Assembly (NCBI GenBank): GCA_029932425.1 | Contig: JAOZQC010000001.1 | Coordinates: 691-24,976 of the forward strand | Source: Planctomycetota bacterium | GTDB lineage: Bacteria > Planctomycetota > JAJSAM01 | Length of the DNA stretch: 24,286 nucleotides | Direction: 5' to 3' | Shown here: piece by piece, positions 1-7,485 of the stretch | How the letters are laid out: every line of letters starts with the position of its first letter | Numbering within the stretch: the first letter of the stretch is position 1 | The notes under the pieces: model-generated | Told to the model about the DNA's origin: nothing | Database searches by the model: none | Seen by the model: the letters and a program-made list of their open reading frames with translations, nothing else | Program-made: the position numbers and the translations under genes

Positions 1-790
1 GCCACCAGGGGGCGTAGCCGCCGTGTCCCTCGAAGCCGCGGCCGGCGCGCTCCCCCACGTGGTGGCCCAGGCCCACCCGGGCGAAGTCCCCGTGGGTGCG
101 GAGGATCGCGGGCACCCCCCAGGCGGCCGCGAGGAGGAGGGTGAAGAGGAGGCCCGCCCCGATCCTCGCCGCGGCCCGGGCGTCGATCTCCCGCCGCCGG
201 ACCGCGAGGACTCCGATCCCGGCGGCCGCCGGCGCCACCCAGCCCGGAGGCCCCTTGGCGAGGAAGCAAAGGGCCAGCCCTCCGTAGAGCCGGATCCAGG
301 TGCCCGGGGTTCGGGTGCCCCGGAGGCGCGCGTGGAGGGCGTCGATGGTGAGCACCACCATCCCGAGGAGGATCCCATCCGCGGTGGCCGCGCGCCCCGT
401 CACCTGGCTCTGGAGGCAGGTGCCGAGGACGAGCCCCGCGGCGAGCCCCGCCCGGGGATCGAAGATGCGGCTGCCGATCCGGGCCGTGAACAGCGCCGCC
501 AGGGCCAGACCCAGCACCGAGGGCAGCCGGGCCCCGGTCTCCCCCACCCCGAAGAGGAGGTAGCCCGCGGCCTGGATCCAGTAGACGAGGATCGGCTTGT
601 CGTAGCGGGGCCGGGCGTTCAGGTAGGGGACGACGAAGTCTCCCCGGACGAACATCTCCCGGGAGGCTTCCGCGAAGCGGGGCTCGTCCGAGTCCCACAG
701 GGGGTGGGTCCAGGTTCCGAGGAGACAGAGGAGGAAGACGGCGAGGAAGGCGAGCGCCGCCGCCCTTCCCGGGGTGAGCCGGAACCTCAC
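1..790 (-). CDS. ArnT/GT39-GT83-like membrane glycosyltransferase (3' end runs off the window)
   Basis: Not in the ORF track because it has no stop in the window. Manual translation from GTG at 790 gives MRFRLTPGRAAALAFLAVFLLCLLGTWTHPLWDSDEPRFAEASREMFVRGDFVVPYLNARPRYDKPILVYW...CFLAKGP..., with the DE, KP and LAKGP motifs and multiple hydrophobic helices. The start overlaps the PAP2 stop (GTGA). Confidence 0.85.
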   Translation of the reverse strand, partial: MRFRLTPGRAAALAFLAVFLLCLLGTWTHPLWDSDEPRFAEASREMFVRGDFVVPYLNARPRYDKPILVYWIQAAGYLLFGVGETGARLPSVLGLALAALFTARIGSRIFDPRAGLAAGLVLGTCLQSQVTGRAATADGILLGMVVLTIDALHARLRGTRTPGTWIRLYGGLALCFLAKGPPGWVAPAAAGIGVLAVRRREIDARAAARIGAGLLFTLLLAAAWGVPAILRTHGDFARVGLGHHVGERAGRGFEGHGGYAPWW

Positions 791-1524
791 TCCCCCTCCT
801 CCGCCGTCCGGAGGCGGGACCGTGCCCCCAGGGCTGCGGCCACGAGCCAGGCGCCGGGGGCGGCGCCCAGGAAGAAGTCGCGCCACCGGTCGCCGCCCCG
901 GGCGAAGAGAGGGAGGGCGAGAAGCAGGACGAGCAGCACGTGGGTGCGGCGGATCCTCACGCCCTCGGGAAACGGGATCCACCCGGCGAGGACCACGCTG
1001 AGGAGCCCCAGGGCGGCGCCCCCCACCACGTCGGAGGGGAAGTGCTTGCCCAGCCCGATCCGGGTGAAGGCGGCGAGGGCGACGACGAGCATGAGGGGGA
1101 CCCAGAGCCGGAGGCGGCGCCCCGCCAGGGAGGCCATGACGGCCATCGTCCCCGCGGTATGTCCGCTGGGGAAGGAATCGAGGTCCGCGCGGTTGGGACG
1201 GGCGCGAAGGATCCCTTCCTTCAGCAGGTATCCGAGGAGGCCCGCGAGGACGAGCGCCAGGAGCGCCCGGGCCGCGGTGCGACCCGACCCCCCCGCGGCG
1301 TAGACGGCGAGCACGATCCAGGCCAGGGCGGCCCCGTCGAACACGGCGGTGAGGAAGAGGAGCAGCTCCCCCCCGGGCGTATCCTTCTTCCAGCGGTGGG
1401 CGTCGAGCCACGTCCCCGCCGACACCCGGTGCTCGAAGGCGAAGAGGAGCCCGCAGGCGGCCGCGAGGACGGCCGCCGCGGCCAGGATGCGTCCCGGGGG
1501 GATCGCCGGGTGCGGGCGCTTCAC
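787..1524 (-). CDS. PAP2-family membrane phosphatase
   Basis: Motifs K(EGILRA)RP, SFPSGHT and TRIGLGKHFPSDV; several TM segments; GGAGG upstream of GTG. Confidence 0.88.
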   Translation of the reverse strand: MKRPHPAIPPGRILAAAAVLAAACGLLFAFEHRVSAGTWLDAHRWKKDTPGGELLLFLTAVFDGAALAWIVLAVYAAGGSGRTAARALLALVLAGLLGYLLKEGILRARPNRADLDSFPSGHTAGTMAVMASLAGRRLRLWVPLMLVVALAAFTRIGLGKHFPSDVVGGAALGLLSVVLAGWIPFPEGVRIRRTHVLLVLLLALPLFARGGDRWRDFFLGAAPGAWLVAAALGARSRLRTAEEGE

Positions 1525-1716
1525 GCCCCCCTCCGGATGCCGGACGTCCGGTCTTCCGTTCGGGGGAGGGGCGGGCGGGATCGTTTCGACATCACGATCG
1601 GAGGAGGATACGACGTTCCCTCGCCAAACGGAACGGACGCCCGGGGAGCGACGCTCCCCGCCGGAGACGCGCCGCGTTCCCGGCGCCGCCCCGGTGGGAA
1701 ACCCGCCGGTTGGATC

Positions 1717-2400
1717 CTACTTCCGCGGCAAGAAGAGATTCTGGGCAAAGAGCAGGATAAGACCGACCGCCACCGGCAAGAGGACCGCATAGAGCAATGT
1801 CTTCACCGACTTGAACTCGGTACTCAACGCCGCAACGTTCTTGGTGAGGGCGCGAACGCCCTCACCGAGGCTCGTCAAACTCTTCGTCTCCAGAGAGTAA
1901 AGGTAGTCCTTCATCTGGCGAGGAAGTTCGCCGCGGATGTATTCGGGCCTCTCGCCGAACACCTTTCTTGCCGGGACCGCCAGCCGGAAGAACTGGATGG
2001 AACACAGGTCGCCCTTGTACTCGATGACGTATTTCCTCGGAGAGGAGTTGTAAAGGCCGAGGATGAGATGCCCTTTGAAACCCGGATCGATCTGCATTCC
2101 GGCCTGGAGGATCACGCCCTTGGTCGTGAGATACGTCCGGGGACCGATGTTCACCACGAAGTTCTGGGGAATCTCGAAGTACTCGTCCGACACGGTGACC
2201 GCGAAATCGCCGGGAGGTAAGGCAATCGCCGTTTCTTTCGAGAGGTCGAGCACGCGGTCGTGGCCGGAGATCAGTAGCCTTTTCCCGACCCGGAGGTCGT
2301 AGCTTGCCCCCTGCAACCGAGCAGGATCGAACGGTCGAACGATGAGGCCCGATTCCTCGTCCTCGATCATGGCCTGGATCTCTGAGTCAGCCAGCAACAC
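1717..2400 (-). CDS. dCTP deaminase/dUTPase-fold protein with a C-terminal helical segment and transmembrane helix
   Basis: LLADSEI...GASYDLRVG, LPPGDFAVTVSDEYFEIP and QIDPGFKGHL motifs; hydrophobic tail LLYAVLLPVAVGLILLFAQNLF. Start placed at GTG 2400 (GGAGG about 10 nt upstream) rather than 2463. Confidence 0.8.
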   Translation of the reverse strand: MLLADSEIQAMIEDEESGLIVRPFDPARLQGASYDLRVGKRLLISGHDRVLDLSKETAIALPPGDFAVTVSDEYFEIPQNFVVNIGPRTYLTTKGVILQAGMQIDPGFKGHLILGLYNSSPRKYVIEYKGDLCSIQFFRLAVPARKVFGERPEYIRGELPRQMKDYLYSLETKSLTSLGEGVRALTKNVAALSTEFKSVKTLLYAVLLPVAVGLILLFAQNLFLPRK

Positions 2401-2453
2401 CTTCTGAATCCTCCCGCTGCAGGGGTCGAGGGCTCTTCCTGCCGGACGTGGGA

Positions 2454-2462
2454 AGCATACCA
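2454..2462 (-). promoter_or_regulatory. Candidate extended -10 promoter (TGgTATGCT) for the dcd-like gene
   Basis: Reverse complement of 2454-2462 reads TGGTATGCT (TGn-TANNNT), about 55 nt upstream of the start. Confidence 0.4.
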
Positions 2463-2718
2463 TGATGTGGGGACAAAGCCCTCGGGAGGTTCCTGCGGCT
2501 TCCAGGATCGGGTTTACGCCGATCCCCCTCCGAGCGGTTTCCCACCCCTTGTCCGGCCGCCGCGCGGTGCCGGCTTGAGGCGCGCGGCCCGGGTTTCGAG
2601 ATGATGGGGTGGGCTTGAGGACCTTGTTTGCCGGACCGAGAGGACGGGCCTACGAGCTTCTCCCCAGACCCTCGGCGGCGGAGCGGCAAGGCCCGGCGCG
2701 TCCCCGGGCGGCGGTTCC

Positions 2719-3948
2719 TCACTCCGTCGTCAGCTCCCGGATGAGCTTCTCGTCCAGGACGTAGCGTTCCGTCCGGAAGGTCAGGCCCTTCTTGCCGAAG
2801 GGGCCGATGCGGTCCCGTTCCACGTAGTAGTCGTGGCCCCGCCGGACCGCGATGGTGGTGAGATCCACGAAGGCGCGGCGGAGGAGGATGCCGAGGTTCT
2901 TCCGGGCGCGTTCCACCGGGCCCCAGGCGCGGAGGACCTCCGCCTGGCGGAGGAACGGGCGGCCCGGGGCGGCCACGGGGCGGACGGCGTTCGCGGCGAG
3001 GAGCTCGGGGGAGATGGGGGGGCGTTCGCTGGGGGGGGTGAGAAGCCAGGTGAGCTTGAAGCGCGCTCTCCGGATCTTCCGGAGGATCGAGTCGCCGAAG
3101 GGGGAGCGGATGTCCCGGAGGAAGTCGCTCTGCTTCGGGGTGAGCCAGGTGGTGGTGACGAGGCGGTAGTCGAGGTGGTAGGTGCGGACGGGGAGCTCCC
3201 GCGCGTCGAGGGCGCGGAGGTCGGTCTGCCGGAAGTCCCGGGGGGAGAAGATCGTGGTGGTGGCGTAGCGCTTCGTCTCGTTGCCCCGCCGCACCAGGAG
3301 GACGAGCAGGCGGTCCGCGAAGGCCGTGGGGCCCTGCCGGAGCCGGATGAGACGCAGCTCGTCGTCCTCGGGCGGAGCCGTGATCTCCGCGATGAACTTC
3401 ACCTCGTCTCCGTAGCGGATCTCCAGCATCCCCGCGTACCGGAAGGTCCACGCCGAGAGGCTTCCCCCGTGCCCGTGCTCCCGCACCAGCCGGGCGTACC
3501 GGGGGTCGTCCGGGGCCGCGGCCAGCGGCGCGTGGCCCACGTGCTCGTAGGCCCGGAACCTCGCCACCCGGGCGCCGTGGAGGACGGGGTAGCGGGAGAA
3601 ACGCACGTCGAAATCGATGGAGGGCGGGTTCCGGAAGAATCCCGGGTCGCGCCGGGGAGGGACGGGCTCGTGCTCCGGGGCCGGCGTCTTCGCGGCGGGC
3701 TTCGCCTCCGGGGGAGGGGAGGGCTTCCGCTCCGGGGGAGGGGCCGTACGCGTGACGGACCTCACGCGGGACCGGGGAATCCGCATCTCCATCCCGTCGC
3801 CCAGGCGGACCACCACCTCCTTCTCCGTCTCGGAGACCACCCGGCCCGTGATCCGCCCCCCGTTCACGAGGACGATCTCGTCCCCCCGGGCGGGGGCGGC
3901 GGGGACGGCGAACAGGAGCAGCAGGATCAGGACCGCGCTTCTCGTCAC
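2719..3948 (-). CDS. Secreted hypothetical protein (signal peptide, small N-terminal beta domain, Pro-rich linker, unknown C-terminal domain)
   Basis: Signal-like MTRSAVLILLLLFAVPAAPARG; DEIVLVNGGRITGRVVSETEKEVVV module of a kind I associate with PVC proteins; GC3-rich codons; GGAGG 5 nt before GTG 3948. Confidence 0.72.
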   Translation of the reverse strand: MTRSAVLILLLLFAVPAAPARGDEIVLVNGGRITGRVVSETEKEVVVRLGDGMEMRIPRSRVRSVTRTAPPPERKPSPPPEAKPAAKTPAPEHEPVPPRRDPGFFRNPPSIDFDVRFSRYPVLHGARVARFRAYEHVGHAPLAAAPDDPRYARLVREHGHGGSLSAWTFRYAGMLEIRYGDEVKFIAEITAPPEDDELRLIRLRQGPTAFADRLLVLLVRRGNETKRYATTTIFSPRDFRQTDLRALDARELPVRTYHLDYRLVTTTWLTPKQSDFLRDIRSPFGDSILRKIRRARFKLTWLLTPPSERPPISPELLAANAVRPVAAPGRPFLRQAEVLRAWGPVERARKNLGILLRRAFVDLTTIAVRRGHDYYVERDRIGPFGKKGLTFRTERYVLDEKLIRELTTE

Positions 3949-4057
3949 GGGCACCTCCGGTTCCCTATCGGTTGCGGACGCGGGTTCGCTCGCGCGGAAA
4001 GCGGGGGATTCCGCTCCCGTGCCGCCGCGCGCAGAGTGTGCGGGGGTCCCCGATCCG

Positions 4058-4063
4058 TACTAT
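4058..4063 (+). promoter_or_regulatory. Candidate -10 box (TACTAT) 9 nt upstream of the transketolase ATG
   Basis: TANNNT in GC-rich surroundings; no SD motif between the box and ATG 4073. Confidence 0.45.
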
Positions 4064-4072
4064 CCTGCTCCC

Positions 4073-6646
4073 ATGGCAAAGGTCGGAGGCTCTCCCCCGG
4101 TCACGGTGCACGGCCCGGCCGCGGGCCCGGCGCCGCCCGCCCCCGCGGCCTCCCTCTCCCCCCTCGAGCGGGAGAGGTTCGAGGACACGGCCTTCCTCAC
4201 CGCCATGATCCTGGTCCTCCTGGGGAACTACCGGGAATCCGGTCACTACGGGGGACCCCTGGCGGTCACCCCCCTGAACGTGGCCCTGCATCTCGGAGGA
4301 CCCGGGCGGGGAGGTCTCGCCTGGGACTTCCGCGAGCCGAAGCATCCCCTCGCGGACCGCTTCCTCCTGGCCGGGGGCCACACCGTCCCCTCCTGCTACG
4401 CCCTCTGGATGGTCCTCTACGAGGCCCTCCGCGCCGAGCGGGAGGCCACCGGGGACGAGTCCTTCTCCTTCGATCCCCGGGTGGGCGTGCTCGCCGTCGA
4501 CGCCCTGGGGTTCCGGAGGGGGGCGCGGGCGCTGGCCACGCTCCTCGAGGACCACGGCCTGGCCGGCCATCCCCTCTTCGCGGAGGCCCGGCTCCGGGGA
4601 ATCCGGGCGCTCTCCGGGCATGCGGAGTCCACCGACGTGACGATCGCGGGGAACGGGGGCCCCTCGGGGGTGGCCGCCGCCGCCGCGCCCGGTCTGGCCC
4701 TCTTCCTGGAGCGGGCGGGGCTGCCGGCCGCCCGGAAGGTCCTGGCCCTGGAGGGCGAGTTCGCCATGACCGAGGGCCATGCCCAGGAGATGAAGACGGC
4801 GGCGCTCGCCCAGCAGGTGGGGAAGCGCCTGCGGATCCTCCTCTCCTGGAACAACGCGGGCATCGACGATGCCCTGGTGGGAGGGGTGGTGCGGGAGGAG
4901 TACCGGGGATACGACCTGGCCCGCCAGTGGACCTCCTACGGGTGGAACGTCCTCTCCGTGAAGGACGGGAACGCCTTTCCCGACCTGTTCGCCGCGCTCG
5001 GGCTCATGGAGGACTGGGACCCCGGGGACCGGCGGCCCATGATCCTCCTGGCCCCCACGCTGAAGGGGTGGTGGCCGGCCGCCGCCGGGGGCCGGATCCC
5101 GGGCGACGGGGCGCAGCTCACGGGGGCTCCCAGCCATCCCTGGTCCTTCCCCGTGAACTCCCCCTACGTCTCGGCGCTGGCCCGGACCTTCGAGGAGAGG
5201 TACGGCGTCACCTTCGCGGGGATCCACGACGGCCCCCCCGCGACCCCCGCGGACCGCCTGGTGGAGCTGAAGATGAACGTCGACACGGCCCTGTCCGTGC
5301 TCGAGCGGCGCCCGGGGCTTCGCTCCTGGATCGCGGGCCGGCTCCGGGAGATCGCCCGGTCCTTCGAGCACCGGACCGTGGTGGACATCCCCGGGGATCG
5401 CGACCCCTTCCGGGACGAGCGCCTCCGGCCGGAGCGCCTGCCCCCCGGGCCGATCCGGATCCGGGCCCGGGACGCCCGGACCGGCCGCCGCGTGGACCGG
5501 GAGGTGCGCCTCTTCCGGGAGCCGGGGGAGATGGCGGGAGCCCGCCGCGCGATCTCGGAGGCGGGCCTGTGGCTGAACCACGTCACGGGAGGGAGGTTCT
5601 TCACCGCGGCCGCCGACCTCTCCTCCTCGATCAACGTGGAGGGAGCGCACCTCTTCGGGCACTACGATCCCGTGGAGAACCCCGCGGGCACGCGGCTCAA
5701 GGCCGCCATCCAGGAGGCGGGGAACACGGCCCTCCTGGCCGGGCTCGCCGCCGGATCGGTGTCCCCGGACCCGGATCTCCACGCCGGATTCTGGGGGCTC
5801 TCGGGGAGCTACGGGGCGTTCACCCCGCTCATGTACACCCCCGCGCGCGTCTTCAGCCAGCAGAACCAGGACAGCCCCCACCGGCTCGGGGTGCTCGTGG
5901 TGCTGGCCGCCCACTCCGGGCCCGAGACCGCGGCCGACGCCCGGACCCACTTCGGCGTCTTCGCCCCGCGGATCTGGACGCTCTTCCCCCGGGGGCAGGT
6001 GGTGGACCTCCACTTCTGGGACTACAACGACGTGGCCCCGGCGTTCTTCGCCGCCGTCTCCCTGGCGGCCCGGAGGAAGGAAACGGGGATCATCGCCCTC
6101 CACGCGGCGCGTCCGGACCAGCCGGTGGCGGACCGGAGCGGCTTCGCCGACCCCGACCTCCGGGCCGCGGCCCGGGGCCTCTACCTGATCCGGGAAGCCG
6201 AATCGGGGAAGCCCCCCGGCGGCACCGTGCTCGTGCAGGGGGCGAGCGCCGCCGCGAACCTCGTCTCCGTCCTCCCGGAGCTCGCGGCCCGGGGGGCGAA
6301 CGTCCGCGTGGCGGCGGTGGTGAGCGAGGAGCTCTTCGCCGTCCAGCCCCCCTCCTACCGGGAGCGCGTGCTCCCGGAGGCGGCGCGCTACGACGCCATG
6401 GTGATCTCCACCATGACGAAGCGGGTCCCTCCGGTGGCGAACCTGGGGCCGCTCACCGAGGAGTACTCCCTCTACGCGGACTCCGACGACCGCTGGCGGA
6501 CGGGGGGGACGGAGGAGGACGTGATCCGGGAGGCGGGGCTGGACCCGGAGTCGATCCGGGAGGCGGTGCTCCGCTTCGCGAGGGACCGGGCGGCGCGGCT
6601 CGCCCGGCAGCGCGCCGCCCTGGCGGGAGGAGACCGGGGTGCCTGA
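4073..6646 (+). CDS. tkt: Large divergent transketolase-family ThDP enzyme (857 aa)
   Basis: SGHYGG, DRFLLAGGH, LSGHAE, GEFAMTEG...WNN (ThDP motif variant), AAIQEA, SYGAF and HSGPETAADARTH match transketolase landmarks. The track's 3617 start is an extension overlapping the divergent gene. Confidence 0.8.
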   Translation: MAKVGGSPPVTVHGPAAGPAPPAPAASLSPLERERFEDTAFLTAMILVLLGNYRESGHYGGPLAVTPLNVALHLGGPGRGGLAWDFREPKHPLADRFLLAGGHTVPSCYALWMVLYEALRAEREATGDESFSFDPRVGVLAVDALGFRRGARALATLLEDHGLAGHPLFAEARLRGIRALSGHAESTDVTIAGNGGPSGVAAAAAPGLALFLERAGLPAARKVLALEGEFAMTEGHAQEMKTAALAQQVGKRLRILLSWNNAGIDDALVGGVVREEYRGYDLARQWTSYGWNVLSVKDGNAFPDLFAALGLMEDWDPGDRRPMILLAPTLKGWWPAAAGGRIPGDGAQLTGAPSHPWSFPVNSPYVSALARTFEERYGVTFAGIHDGPPATPADRLVELKMNVDTALSVLERRPGLRSWIAGRLREIARSFEHRTVVDIPGDRDPFRDERLRPERLPPGPIRIRARDARTGRRVDREVRLFREPGEMAGARRAISEAGLWLNHVTGGRFFTAAADLSSSINVEGAHLFGHYDPVENPAGTRLKAAIQEAGNTALLAGLAAGSVSPDPDLHAGFWGLSGSYGAFTPLMYTPARVFSQQNQDSPHRLGVLVVLAAHSGPETAADARTHFGVFAPRIWTLFPRGQVVDLHFWDYNDVAPAFFAAVSLAARRKETGIIALHAARPDQPVADRSGFADPDLRAAARGLYLIREAESGKPPGGTVLVQGASAAANLVSVLPELAARGANVRVAAVVSEELFAVQPPSYRERVLPEAARYDAMVISTMTKRVPPVANLGPLTEEYSLYADSDDRWRTGGTEEDVIREAGLDPESIREAVLRFARDRAARLARQRAALAGGDRGA

Positions 6647-7442
6647 GCGAGGGAGACGGGGACCGGAAAGGGGGGGCCGGGCGGTGGGAGGGCCGGGCCG
6701 GGTGCCCTGGGAGGTGGTGTTCGGGGTGCACCCGGTGCGGGAGGTGCTCCGGGTGGGGAAGCGGCGGATCCGGGATCTGTGGACGGCCCGCTCGCCGCGG
6801 GACGCCGCGATCCGGGAGATCCTGGCTCTCGCCCGGGAGCGGGGAGTGGCGGTCCATCCGGTCTCGAAGGAGGAGGTGGAGCGCCGGGCTCCGCGCCGGG
6901 GGCATCAGGGGGTGGCGATCCGCGTGGAGCCCCTGGAGACCCCCGTGCTGGCGGAGGCTCTGGAGGTCCTCCCCCGGGGGGAGGGAACGATCTGGGTGGG
7001 ACTCGACGGGATCACCGATCCGCACAACCTCGGCGCCATCCTCCGGAACGCCGCCTGCTTCGGGGCGGGGGCGGTGCTGCTCCCGGACCGCCGGAGCGCG
7101 GGGCTCACGCCGCTCGTGCAGAAGATCGCCTCCGGGGCCGCGGAGCACGTGCCGGTGGTGGCGGCGGGGAACCTGAACCAGGCCGTCCGGCGCCTGCAGG
7201 AGGAGGGGTTCCGGGTGTACGGCGCGGCCCCGGAGGGGAAGCCGGTCGGCGAGGTGCGGATCCACACCCCCGCCCTCCTCCTCATCGGCTCGGAGGGCCG
7301 CGGCCTCCGGCGGAGGACCCGGGAGCTCACCGACGAGCTGGTGGCGGTCCCCCAGGCCCCGGGCGGCGTGGCCAGCCTCAACGCTTCCTGCGCCCTGGCC
7401 GTCCTCCTCCACGAGTTCCGCCGCAGGCGCGGCGGGCCGTGA
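6639..7442 (+). CDS. rlmB: 23S rRNA (guanosine-2'-O)-methyltransferase RlmB (TrmH/SPOUT family)
   Basis: VFGVHPVRE, HQGVA, LDGITDPHNLGAILRNA, KIASGAAE, IGSEGRGL and SLNASCA SPOUT motifs; start overlaps the transketolase stop. Confidence 0.9.
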   Translation: MPERGRRGPERGGRAVGGPGRVPWEVVFGVHPVREVLRVGKRRIRDLWTARSPRDAAIREILALARERGVAVHPVSKEEVERRAPRRGHQGVAIRVEPLETPVLAEALEVLPRGEGTIWVGLDGITDPHNLGAILRNAACFGAGAVLLPDRRSAGLTPLVQKIASGAAEHVPVVAAGNLNQAVRRLQEEGFRVYGAAPEGKPVGEVRIHTPALLLIGSEGRGLRRRTRELTDELVAVPQAPGGVASLNASCALAVLLHEFRRRRGGP

Positions 7443-7485
7443 CCGATCCGGGTCTTCCGCCCGGCCGCCGGCCCGGGACGGTCAC
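7439..7485. terminator. Imperfect GC hairpin between convergent stop codons
   Basis: GTGACCG (7439-7445) pairs with CGGTCAC (7479-7485), followed by a TCCGGG/CCCGGGA arm; no U-tract. Confidence 0.3.

Noticed and set aside
1717-2400. Calling the dcd-like gene the known anti-phage dCTP deaminase
   Set aside because: The described defence dCTP deaminases are zinc-dependent CDA-fold proteins with a kinase-like partner domain; this protein has the unrelated trimeric dUTPase fold.
2833-7176. Very long track ORFs (for example 2833..7176, 10654..14340 upstream part, 11551..15357, 20527..23595, 20747..23383, 7482..9815 upstream part)
   Set aside because: Arg/Gly/Pro-rich or antisense in-register shadows of real genes; stop codons are scarce at this GC content and the ORFs carry no motifs.
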